From: a virus
Length of the DNA stretch: 64,000 nt
Virus record (IMG/VR): IMGVR_UViG_3300013126_000012
Location: 64,001-128,000 of that record
Strand: one strand, 5' to 3'
Part shown: positions 1 through 9,616 of the stretch, one piece after another
Numbering within the stretch: the first letter of the stretch is position 1
Layout of the letters: the number at the start of each line of letters is the position of its first letter
The notes under the pieces: model-generated
What the model was told of the DNA's origin: nothing
Databases searched by the model: none
What the model saw: only the letters and a program-made list of their open reading frames with translations
Position numbers and translations under genes: made by a program

Positions 1-222
1 TTGATAATATCGTTCTCGATTATTTAATTGATTAATATCACATTCTTCTAAAATAATAAATTGATGCCGATCTATACCATATTTATCAATTGATTTTTTT
101 AATCTTGTTTGAAATTTAAAATTATTATTTCGTTTATATGATGTCCATCGTTTTTCAATATTAATTGATTGGCCTATATAAATTTTATTAGATGGCGATA
201 TAATTTTATAAATTCCGATCAT
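1..222 (-). CDS. GIY-YIG homing endonuclease, N-terminal part (runs off the window)
   Basis: Not in the ORF track. My translation from ATG 222 is MIGIYKIISPSNKIYIGQSINIEKRW...LEEC...LNNRERYYQ, with GIY, YIG and the conserved R and E residues. The ATG overlaps the polymerase stop (ATGA). Confidence 0.9.
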   Translation of the reverse strand, partial: MIGIYKIISPSNKIYIGQSINIEKRWTSYKRNNNFKFQTRLKKSIDKYGIDRHQFIILEECDINQLNNRERYYQ

Positions 223-1538
223 TTTTTTATCTTTTGAATATTATCATATGTAACACCATATTTCATTTTTATAGGAAATCCACCTTTTTCTAATAAATAT
301 TGCAATTTTAGTATAATTTGTATTTCTGATAATTCTAAATCTATCAAAATACTATCGTATGTATATAACACTATGCAACTTTCTGTATCTTGTAACAACG
401 CTTGTACTTGTTGCAATTTGCGTACGGATACTTCGGTTTCAATGGCCTGCAAATAGTAGTTAAACAATTTAAATGCTGTCATGTTTTGCACTGCATCTTT
501 GCATATACTACGTTTTGTTATGGGCGTATGAATGCATCCGTTGCGTTTCCATTTATCCCATAATGCATACACAAAATCATTTACTTTGCGAAAAAATGGT
601 ATTGATAAAAATTCAGAATCGATGCCACCATATAACAAACGAAACGTTATAGCTTTGCTTTCTGCTCGTTGTTCTTCTGTTAATGTATCCGTATCGAAAT
701 AAAATCGACCTAAATAATCATGTATAGATGATGTGGGCAATTCATAACCAATAGCCGTTGCAATCAATCTAACATGATATGAATCAAAATCCATTTCAAC
801 TAAAGCACCTCGTTCAAATCGACTACAAAATGCTGCTCGGGTACCATCTTCTTTGTTCATTGCAGCAAAATTGAATCCACCAAATGCATTACTAGGTCGA
901 CCTGTTACGGTATGATAATTGTATTGTGAATATACTCGTTGATTGTGAATCAATTCTGGCATACGAAATTCATCAGTAACTGCCAATCCTGCAGATTCAA
1001 TACGTGCAAATACTTCCGGATATGTTGCATTGAACTGCAAATATGATTCTGTTAATTCTGCATTAACACACATTGGCCAAGCATAGTGTCGAATCTTTTG
1101 ACACATTGCTAAATGTTGCTGTAATGGCACAATGCTATTAACTGCAGGCAAATTTGTGTGTCGTCGCCAATAAAAGCGATGTGCTGCAGTTGGATAATGC
1201 GATTCATCATATGCTTCTGAATATGTATACCACCACAATGTCTTAACATCCCATACGGCGGCATTTCCTCCCGTTTGTAACCATTGCTTCTTGTCATGAA
1301 CAAAGATATTCTCTAATGCCAAAAACTCCGGGACAAGCTCAGTAAAGCCCCTTAGTTGTTCAGAATGACGAAATGGAATTATGCGCTCTACAGCATCTTC
1401 GGTATAAACATATACAGCACATAATGCGTTTACTGCAACATGTTGTGTGGGACTACAAAATACGGGAACTAGCAAAGTTTTGCGACCTTGAATGAACTTC
1501 AATGTAGCGCGAGCATCTTCTATAGTATCCACAATCAT
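219..1538 (-). CDS. Compact family A DNA polymerase
   Basis: TVTGRPS, motif A (EMDFDSYHVRL), motif B (RAESKAITFRLLYG) and motif C-like (LYTYDSILID). No recognisable 5'-3' exonuclease domain. Confidence 0.85.
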   Translation of the reverse strand: MIVDTIEDARATLKFIQGRKTLLVPVFCSPTQHVAVNALCAVYVYTEDAVERIIPFRHSEQLRGFTELVPEFLALENIFVHDKKQWLQTGGNAAVWDVKTLWWYTYSEAYDESHYPTAAHRFYWRRHTNLPAVNSIVPLQQHLAMCQKIRHYAWPMCVNAELTESYLQFNATYPEVFARIESAGLAVTDEFRMPELIHNQRVYSQYNYHTVTGRPSNAFGGFNFAAMNKEDGTRAAFCSRFERGALVEMDFDSYHVRLIATAIGYELPTSSIHDYLGRFYFDTDTLTEEQRAESKAITFRLLYGGIDSEFLSIPFFRKVNDFVYALWDKWKRNGCIHTPITKRSICKDAVQNMTAFKLFNYYLQAIETEVSVRKLQQVQALLQDTESCIVLYTYDSILIDLELSEIQIILKLQYLLEKGGFPIKMKYGVTYDNIQKIKK

Positions 1539-1544
1539 ATATGA

Positions 1545-1573
1545 ATAATAAGAAAAAAATCTTAAGAATCCAA
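1545..1573 (-). promoter_or_regulatory. Sigma70-type promoter of the polymerase gene
   Basis: TTGGAT-N17-TATTAT just upstream of ATG 1538; same spacing at five other sites. Confidence 0.7.
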
Positions 1574-2182
1574 ACCGTTGATGTCCTTAGGTACGATAAT
1601 GTCGACATCAGAATAAAATTGAATTGGATTTGACAATACTACATTTATTCCTGGCATAGTTTCTTGAACTACTCGTATTGCATTTAAATTTTGTTGCATT
1701 ACACTAGGTATTTCTACTCCATTTTTATATTGAGTTTCAAGTGCTCCAGTTATAACCCATTTAATTGCAATGGTTTGATATAAATTTTTGTCAATTCGTT
1801 TAGCTAAATATGCATTGTATTGTTGTAAATCTATTTCTATAATCTTTGATTCGTTTGTTTTTTTAATAAAATATCTAGTTATAAATCCAGCAACGCGATC
1901 GGATTGATTTATAATTGGAGTATAAGATTGCGGCGTTTGTGTCTGAACCGTTATCGTTTTTAATTGTTTATATGATGTAACGGTTACTGATTCTGTAATA
2001 AATGGTAATAATTTGATTGATTTTTGAGGATTCCACTCTGTTTCAGAATATACTTCTCCAGTTGTATATGTATGATATGGTCCAATGTATTCTGCACCTG
2101 ATTCCGTTTGCCATTCTGAGCCAGTTGTGTATAATGCTTTTGTTATTTGGTTTGGAGTATAATGTAAACGCAATCTAGCCAT
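1562..2182 (-). CDS. Hypothetical protein at the end of the tail/baseplate operon
   Basis: 206 aa ORF closely following the hub-like gene; no motif I can assign. Confidence 0.7.
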   Translation of the reverse strand: MARLRLHYTPNQITKALYTTGSEWQTESGAEYIGPYHTYTTGEVYSETEWNPQKSIKLLPFITESVTVTSYKQLKTITVQTQTPQSYTPIINQSDRVAGFITRYFIKKTNESKIIEIDLQQYNAYLAKRIDKNLYQTIAIKWVITGALETQYKNGVEIPSVMQQNLNAIRVVQETMPGINVVLSNPIQFYSDVDIIVPKDINGLDS

Positions 2183-2189
2183 ATCTTAC

Positions 2190-4196
2190 TTATTTTTTAA
2201 TTCGAACTCGAGGATTACATTTGATTTTTGTTTGCCATTGTCCGCTTGTTTGTATGGTATGTGTAATTCCTAAAACCGTAAATACAAATGCATCCGTATA
2301 TCGTTTTGGTAATCCATCAAAATTTAAAACATCGCCAAATTTAAATCCATTGATGCCGTCGATTGTAAATTCTAAATCCATTGGAAATATAGATTTTGTT
2401 TGTTCAATCGAATCTTCTATATTTTCATAGTAAAATGACACATAATTTTCCAATGCCTTTTCTAAATTATCAATTATTTCTGGCACATCTGGTTTTAAAA
2501 CGTAGTCATATTTTTTATCACCTAATTCTAACAATGCAGTTTTATGTCGGTTAGCCCAATCTTGTTGTAATTTAATTTTAGCATCGCCATCTGCATAAAT
2601 ATATGGATTATATGCAGTTTGTTTTTGAGTACCAGTATTCCATGATTCAACACCAAATATCATGTTTTTCACACTAGTTGGAACATTTGATGTTAATGTG
2701 AATTCTCTAACAACCGAAGTACCTGTTTTTGTTGCAAATGCTGGTAATGTAAATTCATCGATGTTGGTTGTAGATTTGGTATAAAATGAATCCGTATATA
2801 ATAACACATCCGGGGCTGTTGGATGTTGAACCAATACCATATTAATTGATTTACCGGTATGATTTAATATCATTTCGCTTATTCGAATCAATAAATTTTT
2901 TATAGTAGGCTGTTTACTTAAATCTCCAGGTGTTCCATCTAATGATGTAATAATATCTCTGATAACTAAAGTATCGATATAAATTCTACTAGGAAATGCT
3001 TCATTGTTAACAATAAATCCGGGAGAAACTGGTTCTACTTTTGGAAACATTTTTAAAATTTTATTTCGATCCGGTTGTTGAGCTCGCGTAGGATTTGAAT
3101 CAAAAAAGTATTGATCAGTTACGCTATCTGATTTTCCATGCCACAATAATACCTTTAAAGGATTGGCGGAAACTAATCGCTCATAAACATTGCTAAAACA
3201 AAACTTATCATCGCATGTAATAAGTGCAGCTTCATTAATATTAACAAGTAATTTTGTATTGATATGATCAATTAAATATGCTAAACTAATCATTTTTTTA
3301 AGTTTAGGAGTATTACTAGAACCTATATCATATGGTGTTCCTACGATAATTCCTTTATCAGTAGAACCGGGCACTAAATATTCAAATTCAGTTTGTGCAT
3401 TTTGTTCATATGTTTTTGAAATTGCATCAATATCTGCAATTAAACTTGTATATAAATTTTGAACTTGGCTAGTTTGTGTAGTACCTGTAGTATCAGTTTC
3501 TTCGCCTTTATTAATATAAACCTGAACATCTGCATATGTATTAGTTGTACCAATTGCATCAATTGATACTGAAACAGTACCGTCTGAATTATATGTAAAT
3601 GAAAATGATGATATTCTACCTTGAAAATAAAATTCATTCATTTTTCGTAAATTTGAAATATCAATGCCCGGATACAATTCTTGTATTTGTTTAGTCGATG
3701 GCAATTTATCATCATCTAACATTGGATCTGTTATGATAGCTTCGTTAGGATGTGCAATTTTTAAACGTATATGTCGACCTGGCTTACAATATATTTCTTC
3801 AATTTCAAATAAATCCGTGGTACCATCAAATACCATTATAGTAAATGTTGCTTTGTTTAAATGTCCTTTTGATTGATCTGTTGTTTCAATTGTTACGTCT
3901 TGTATTACCGGCGGAATTCTATGTGCTGGACGAACTGCATCGTTTAAATATCCTACTGGTCCAGATGGCATATATGAATTTGCAATTGGCGTTAAACCTC
4001 CCAATATTCCGAAACCACCAATTGGTGCAGAATCTGCAGTTGGTTTTGATGCATATGCTTCCAAAACAACACCAGCCATTTTACCTAACATAAAATCAAA
4101 AGCTTTAGTCGATCGATTAGAAACGCCTGTTGCACCGCGAGCTATTAATTCTCGTTGAACTGCTCCATTAACTTGTGAATAAAATAATGAACTCAT
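2190..4196 (-). CDS. Baseplate hub-like protein (gp27/gp44-like)
   Basis: Follows the LysM-like gene. The C-terminus (LEFTIDGINGFKFGD...FTVLGITHTI...WQTKI) resembles hub proteins of contractile tails. Confidence 0.6.
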   Translation of the reverse strand: MSSLFYSQVNGAVQRELIARGATGVSNRSTKAFDFMLGKMAGVVLEAYASKPTADSAPIGGFGILGGLTPIANSYMPSGPVGYLNDAVRPAHRIPPVIQDVTIETTDQSKGHLNKATFTIMVFDGTTDLFEIEEIYCKPGRHIRLKIAHPNEAIITDPMLDDDKLPSTKQIQELYPGIDISNLRKMNEFYFQGRISSFSFTYNSDGTVSVSIDAIGTTNTYADVQVYINKGEETDTTGTTQTSQVQNLYTSLIADIDAISKTYEQNAQTEFEYLVPGSTDKGIIVGTPYDIGSSNTPKLKKMISLAYLIDHINTKLLVNINEAALITCDDKFCFSNVYERLVSANPLKVLLWHGKSDSVTDQYFFDSNPTRAQQPDRNKILKMFPKVEPVSPGFIVNNEAFPSRIYIDTLVIRDIITSLDGTPGDLSKQPTIKNLLIRISEMILNHTGKSINMVLVQHPTAPDVLLYTDSFYTKSTTNIDEFTLPAFATKTGTSVVREFTLTSNVPTSVKNMIFGVESWNTGTQKQTAYNPYIYADGDAKIKLQQDWANRHKTALLELGDKKYDYVLKPDVPEIIDNLEKALENYVSFYYENIEDSIEQTKSIFPMDLEFTIDGINGFKFGDVLNFDGLPKRYTDAFVFTVLGITHTIQTSGQWQTKIKCNPRVRIKK

Positions 4197-4492
4197 CTAG
4201 ATGTATTTACTTTTTGTATCTGTGCTTCTAAATTAGAAACATCTGGTATTCTTAATAACGTATTTTGTGGAACAATTAAAGATCCTTTACCTAATCCATT
4301 TGCTGCAGCAATTACCCACCATAATGTAACATCGCCATATAAATCAAATGCCAATAAGTCTAGACGTTCTATAGTTGTTGTTTGAATATATGTATCATTT
4401 GGCGATAATTGAATGTTCGGTAAGATAATGGTAGATCTTCGTTGTTTACCATTTGCATTTTTTATAATTTTAGATTCAGCATATCGATTCAT
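4193..4492 (-). CDS. LysM-like baseplate wedge protein (gp53/tail X-like)
   Basis: ERLDLLAFDLYGDVTLWWVIAAAN...LRIP pattern. Confidence 0.8.
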   Translation of the reverse strand: MNRYAESKIIKNANGKQRRSTIILPNIQLSPNDTYIQTTTIERLDLLAFDLYGDVTLWWVIAAANGLGKGSLIVPQNTLLRIPDVSNLEAQIQKVNTSR

Positions 4493-4526
4493 AATATATC
4501 TTATTTAATTATTTTATTTATTTTAG

Positions 4527-6197
4527 TTACAAAATAAACGGAATATTTGCTATTTGTTGTGCAGTTTCCGTTGGGGTCGTAGATAATTCTCCAACATTTG
4601 TTGTTTTAGTTTTATTTTGACGACTTTCTTCTAACCAACGTTTCAATGTTACTGATTCATCATTTGTTCCAAAATCACTTAACCAATTATCCCCACCTTC
4701 AATTGGCGTACCAGTTTGACCATCAAATGTTTTAGCCAATGAATAGAATTTACCATGTTTTTGTGGTAGCCAATCTGTCAATACATTTAGTCCCATTTGC
4801 ACGGTAACTTTATGCGGAACTTCCATCATGGTGGGGTCTCCTTCTATATTAATTTCCCATGTTGTGTCGGCATCTGTTAATGTATATGATAATGAAGAAA
4901 TAATTACAGGCTGTTGTACAAATAAATCTCCAATTGTCATACGCAACCATGGTGATTTCATTGCAATGGTATTAACACTATATTCTGGAGTCGTGTACCC
5001 TGCAAGTGCATTAAGTTTTCGCCAAATTGGCTTTACTTCATCACGCGAAGTTGCATACACCGTAAAATTAATTTGAAGCTCACGCGAATATCCTGTATAA
5101 ATATAATTGGGGTCTGCTCGTCCTATCATTTGTGCTTCCGTCCATGACGGCGAATGCGTATCCGATAATGAATCAATTGTTGCACGGAATACGATAATAT
5201 CATCTTTATCGGCAGTATTACCAGCATGTAATTTTGGACCAGTAAAATAAAATTTTATAAAATCTTTTGTTAGGTCTGTTGCTGAAATAAAACTATTGAA
5301 TTTATCCCATTTTTGATTTCCAGCATTCCATTGTGGTCTCCAAACATATACGCTTTTTAATTTGCGTTGACCAAAATCAATTACGTTAATTTTATCACCT
5401 AAAAATTCGGTAGCTCGTTCTAATGGATTTGCAGTTGGAACCCATTTACCATCTTTTGGAGTAGGTCCGATTACCCAACGGGTTGCAACATTTGATCGTA
5501 TGGAAAAATCTCGTCGAAGTGCATTTGGATTTCCTTGATCTCCCCAACCATATATTGATTCAATGTTAAATACGGTATAAGCGCCCCCAGGTAATATCGA
5601 AGCGGCTGCATATGCAATACTATTTGCAACGCCTCGGGCATCTAAATTAAAAGCTCCGCGGGCTGCTGCCGATGCTCCATCTAATCTTACTGTGTCGACA
5701 TCGAATATATTGCCGGAATATCGAAATGATCTAAAATCTTTATATTTTGATAATGTCCAATTTTCAATGTCATCGATTCTATATATAGGCATTGCAACAT
5801 ATGGCTGACCCATATTTTCGTCACCGCCGGCTAACATGTATGCTGTTGTTTCTAATGGAATTGGAATTTTTGAAATTAATGGTTGAACAAATTGCTGGGT
5901 TAATGGATTTCCAATACCAGATGCAACACCCGAGATTGCATTTTTTCCTATAGTTAGCCATGTAGCACCTTTAGCTACATTTCCTCGGTTCTGCAATAGG
6001 CTGTATCTAGATGGGTATGTTGCACCAGCTGGATTTGTTAGCAATCGAAAATCATTTTCATTTACATTGGCATTGAGATTAACCACAGGAAATATAGTAT
6101 TAGCATATAACAATTGTTCGGAGGCCGTTTTTATAATAGATTGGTCCGGAAATGTAGTATTGCCATATGGATTATTTATATTGTATTGTGTTGGCAT
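4527..6197 (-). CDS. Baseplate/tail tube initiator protein (gp48/gp54-like domain)
   Basis: W...IGRADPNYIYTGYSRELQINF...P.LRMTIGD...IISSLSYT pattern; lies between the tape measure and LysM-like genes. Confidence 0.6.
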   Translation of the reverse strand: MPTQYNINNPYGNTTFPDQSIIKTASEQLLYANTIFPVVNLNANVNENDFRLLTNPAGATYPSRYSLLQNRGNVAKGATWLTIGKNAISGVASGIGNPLTQQFVQPLISKIPIPLETTAYMLAGGDENMGQPYVAMPIYRIDDIENWTLSKYKDFRSFRYSGNIFDVDTVRLDGASAAARGAFNLDARGVANSIAYAAASILPGGAYTVFNIESIYGWGDQGNPNALRRDFSIRSNVATRWVIGPTPKDGKWVPTANPLERATEFLGDKINVIDFGQRKLKSVYVWRPQWNAGNQKWDKFNSFISATDLTKDFIKFYFTGPKLHAGNTADKDDIIVFRATIDSLSDTHSPSWTEAQMIGRADPNYIYTGYSRELQINFTVYATSRDEVKPIWRKLNALAGYTTPEYSVNTIAMKSPWLRMTIGDLFVQQPVIISSLSYTLTDADTTWEINIEGDPTMMEVPHKVTVQMGLNVLTDWLPQKHGKFYSLAKTFDGQTGTPIEGGDNWLSDFGTNDESVTLKRWLEESRQNKTKTTNVGELSTTPTETAQQIANIPFIL

Positions 6198-6205
6198 TGT
6201 GTTCC

Positions 6206-7930
6206 TTATGCTATATTACCTAAATTGTTCATAGCTTGACCTTTTCTAATTTGCAATCTAGATGCAATTTTATCTCCATCAAATACGTTGGTTACTTGAA
6301 ACGACATTCCTTGTAATGCGGTAGCTACTGCAGATGCAATTACTCCTGCATCTACACCGCCGCCGGTAGCTCCTCGTATATTTGGTGCTGCTAAAACATC
6401 ATCTCTACCATCCAATGTAAATGATCCGAATGGTCCGGATACTACGGTATTAGCTCCGCCGGCGGGAATAAATAAATCTTGTTTTTTCGTATTTCCTAAT
6501 GCTTCATCATAACCGTCTTTATCGCTGCCGGCCTTAAGTACATCATAGATTGCAGTAAATGATTTAACTACACTACCGGCGCCATATAAATACTTCATCA
6601 TATTGCTACTACCTATAGCCGTAACCAACTTTTCTGAAGCGCCGAATAATTTATCGCTAATTGCTGTAGCATTAGCAGCCAAATCATTTACTTGTTTTTG
6701 ATATGACTCTGCATTATAACCCGTTTTAGGGTCGAGTATCGCATCGGTAATTTGTTGTTGTGCCTTATCTTGTTGTTTTTCAAGTTCTGTTTGTTTAGAT
6801 TCTAATGCAATTGCCGTCTCTTGCAATGTTAATTCTCTATCAGTTATGTTGTTTGCCGTTTTATAATCAGCTATTAATTTTTTGTTAAGTTCGAGACGTT
6901 CTGCTTCTTCAGCTTTTGTATCTTCAGTAACTTGATTATTTAATTGCATCTGAGAATACATTGCTAATAAATCTGCTTTTTGCATTCCTAATGCTTCAGC
7001 TGCCGATTGCAATAAGTATGGATTTTTTGCAAACTGTTCGCCGTTATTTTTAACAAAATTCGAAATTTCTTCAGTTATTGCTAATGCATCTCCTTCTAAA
7101 CGAGCTTTTTGTATTGCAGCAATATTTAAGTTGTCCGCTCCAAGTATTTGAAGTTCAATTTCCTTACCAATTGCCGATTCAATATCTAACATCGAATCGC
7201 CAACAGTTAATACATCACTTAATGCTATACCTAATTTTTTAGTTTTAATTACAGCTTCTGCTAATTTTTCAGGCATACGACCAAAAGTTGCTGCAACTTC
7301 TGCATCAACGCCACCTAGGCCGTCAATTAAATCGGTATATACACCTTGATATTCAGATTCATATTTTTTTGCAATACTTAAAATAGCTGCTTCTGATTTT
7401 TGAAATCCATCAGCTGCAGTTTTACCCATCAATGCTTGGTTTTGGTAAAATTTATTAACAACGTCAGAAGCGATACCTAATTTATTTCTATATTGTTCCG
7501 TAGTTTTTGCTAATTTTCCGGTGAATGTATTTTCATTTTTGATACTAGCAATAAATGCAGCTCGCCCTGGTAATAATGAATTTAATTCTACTGCATAATC
7601 TTTTAACTTTTGAGCATTAACTCCGATTTTTTTTGCTAATGTATCAAATTGAAATCCGAGTTTAGCTGATGCGGCAGTTGAGGCGCTAAAGCCTTGACGT
7701 AATGCATCATTACGTTCTTCAAGTATATTTATCTTATCATATGCATCTTGAGCTTGTTTTGCTAAAAAACCAAATGCATTATCTCGTACTACATCTTGAT
7801 AGCCTTTTGTATATCCTTTGAAAAGGTTATTTAATGCAGATGCTGCATTTTCAAATTCACCCATACCTAATCTAGGTTGCCGTTTTAGGCGTTTAATAAG
7901 ATGTAATTGTTCATTTTGCATGATTGCCAT
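6206..7930 (-). CDS. Probable tape measure protein
   Basis: Ala/Lys/Glu/Leu-rich, helical composition; follows tube and chaperone genes and precedes baseplate genes. Confidence 0.6.
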   Translation of the reverse strand: MAIMQNEQLHLIKRLKRQPRLGMGEFENAASALNNLFKGYTKGYQDVVRDNAFGFLAKQAQDAYDKINILEERNDALRQGFSASTAASAKLGFQFDTLAKKIGVNAQKLKDYAVELNSLLPGRAAFIASIKNENTFTGKLAKTTEQYRNKLGIASDVVNKFYQNQALMGKTAADGFQKSEAAILSIAKKYESEYQGVYTDLIDGLGGVDAEVAATFGRMPEKLAEAVIKTKKLGIALSDVLTVGDSMLDIESAIGKEIELQILGADNLNIAAIQKARLEGDALAITEEISNFVKNNGEQFAKNPYLLQSAAEALGMQKADLLAMYSQMQLNNQVTEDTKAEEAERLELNKKLIADYKTANNITDRELTLQETAIALESKQTELEKQQDKAQQQITDAILDPKTGYNAESYQKQVNDLAANATAISDKLFGASEKLVTAIGSSNMMKYLYGAGSVVKSFTAIYDVLKAGSDKDGYDEALGNTKKQDLFIPAGGANTVVSGPFGSFTLDGRDDVLAAPNIRGATGGGVDAGVIASAVATALQGMSFQVTNVFDGDKIASRLQIRKGQAMNNLGNIA

Positions 7931-7943
7931 TTTTATATAAATA

Positions 7944-8174
7944 TCATAATGGCGATTTTACGACCTTTCGTTTTCTACGAGCGTCAGCCATTGATTGTTG
8001 TTGCGATTTGCGTTGCTCTTCTTCAGCTATCATTTTTTCAATTCTACGAATCCAATAGCGTCTTAAATAAACTGGCATAGTATACAAAGTATTCCAGTCC
8101 CATCGGCCAGCACCATACCATAACATGTTAAATAAAGAATCGTGAAATTTTACTCGATCTTGTGGTTTAAAACC
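7944..8174 (-). CDS. Frameshift-accessed C-terminal extension of the tail assembly chaperone (GT-like)
   Basis: Open +1 frame overlapping the chaperone end at GAC TTTTTTT GG; protein-like sequence starts at FFGFKPQDRVKFHDSLF with no start codon there. Confidence 0.6.
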   Translation of the reverse strand, partial: GFKPQDRVKFHDSLFNMLWYGAGRWDWNTLYTMPVYLRRYWIRRIEKMIAEEEQRKSQQQSMADARRKRKVVKSPL

Positions 8175-8928
8175 AAAAAAAGTCTGCTCCAATCGGAAAC
8201 CCGGAGATGAAGGTGCTCCCATCTTCACCTTCAAATTCATATCGCATAAGTAAATCTGGCATATTGTTTGCAATAAAATCTCGAAACTTTTTAGAATCTT
8301 TAGCAAAGAATTTATATCGAATAAATTCTTGAATCTCTGCTGTATTTCTTGATTCATTAACTTGCGTAATGCTTCGTTCTAAAAATTCTGATGTTTTTAA
8401 GTTAGTATCATCGCCCGCAGATAAAAATTTAAATTTTAGTTTAGTACCATCTGGTAATGCATAATCAAATTCTCCATTGTCATCTGATTGTAATTTAAAT
8501 TCGCCTGAATCTAATTTTGATAAATCTACAACCCGTTTTAATTCATTACGCGTTTTTGGGTCTCGAACTACAACATCATATTCTTTACCATAACTTAAAA
8601 TTCTTGCAGCAATGATTAATCCATTTTTATCTAAACGAGAAACCGTTGCATATTCTACGGGAGTTACAATCAAAGCTTCTAGCAATTTATCCAACACAAC
8701 ACCTTGTTCAAAATATGATGGATTTGTTAAAATATCTTCATCATATGCAGTCATATATCGCATTTCTATAGTACCACTCCGGAGCGGATGATCTTTAGGA
8801 TATACCATTCCGCGACTTAGCAACGGAATTATTTCGCTAGGTATATTGTTGCGTTTTTCTTGTTCGTATCGACGTTTTGCAAGTTGAATTAAATCTTGAT
8901 TTGTAACTCGATCTGTCATATTACTCAT
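8167..8928 (-). CDS. Tail/baseplate hub assembly chaperone (gp26-like)
   Basis: IPLLSRG.VYP...IEMRYMTAYDEDILT...ARILSYG pattern; sits between tube and tape measure; AGGAG upstream. Confidence 0.7.
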   Translation of the reverse strand: MSNMTDRVTNQDLIQLAKRRYEQEKRNNIPSEIIPLLSRGMVYPKDHPLRSGTIEMRYMTAYDEDILTNPSYFEQGVVLDKLLEALIVTPVEYATVSRLDKNGLIIAARILSYGKEYDVVVRDPKTRNELKRVVDLSKLDSGEFKLQSDDNGEFDYALPDGTKLKFKFLSAGDDTNLKTSEFLERSITQVNESRNTAEIQEFIRYKFFAKDSKKFRDFIANNMPDLLMRYEFEGEDGSTFISGFPIGADFFWF

Positions 8929-8975
8929 TTGTATTTCTCCTATAACTTAATTTATTATAAATATGTTCGAACATG

Positions 8976-9000
8976 AAAAATGGGGGCAAAAGCCCCCAAA
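8976..9000 (-). terminator. Intrinsic terminator after the tail tube gene
   Basis: Minus strand TGGGGGC-TTTT-GCCCCCA-TTTTT. Confidence 0.85.
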
Positions 9001-9011
9001 TCACATAGATA

Positions 9012-9527
9012 TTAATATTGAAAGATTGCGTAATCGTATTTCAATGTTAACTGTACAGTCATTGCCTCTTCTGTTCCCCAATCCATATCACCAAATGTTG
9101 CTTCGTTGATAAATGTACCCTTCAATGTCCAGTTTTCAATCTTTTCACCTAATGAACTTAAAACATAAAATTGAACATCTCGTTTGTAGTCTGCAGAATA
9201 TCCATCTCGACCTGTTAATGATTCGTGATGCAAACGAACCCAATCCATAACTGCTTGAGCGCCAACTTTTTCAATTGGATCATACAAAGTTATTGTTATA
9301 TCATTCCATCTAGATTTTCCTTTAACTTTTCGGTCAATGTTAATGTGATCTAATACAATCTCACCATTTGTTATGCCCGGACGAGCTGAAGCTTTTACGA
9401 CGTATGATGGGATATTTGTACCAGCTAATTGCATAATAAATCGATTAGCATATTTCGGTTCCCAAGAAAACGCACTACCAAATAAATCGTTTTGACTAAT
9501 ACTAGGTAAAGTTGGTGTTAATGCCAT
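9012..9527 (-). CDS. gp19: Tail tube protein
   Basis: EPKYANRF...RP...KGKSRWNDITITLYDP...WTLKGTF...LTLKYD pattern; directly after the sheath gene. Confidence 0.9.
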   Translation of the reverse strand: MALTPTLPSISQNDLFGSAFSWEPKYANRFIMQLAGTNIPSYVVKASARPGITNGEIVLDHINIDRKVKGKSRWNDITITLYDPIEKVGAQAVMDWVRLHHESLTGRDGYSADYKRDVQFYVLSSLGEKIENWTLKGTFINEATFGDMDWGTEEAMTVQLTLKYDYAIFQY

Positions 9528-9569
9528 TTTATTTTCCTTTGATTTGTTTTATATAAATATCAGCAAAGT

Positions 9570-9598
9570 AAAAAAGGTAGAACCGAAGTCCTACCTTT
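9570..9598 (-). terminator. Intrinsic terminator after the sheath gene
   Basis: AGGTAGGAC-TTCG-GTTCTACCT-TTTTT with a cUUCGg tetraloop. Confidence 0.85.
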
Positions 9599-9616
9599 CT
9601 TTTAAGTTAGTTTAAA

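Noticed and set aside
8175-8357. Upstream part of the 137 aa ORF as a real N-terminus
   Set aside because: It lies inside the chaperone gene in another frame, has no RBS and reads like off-frame sequence up to the T-run.
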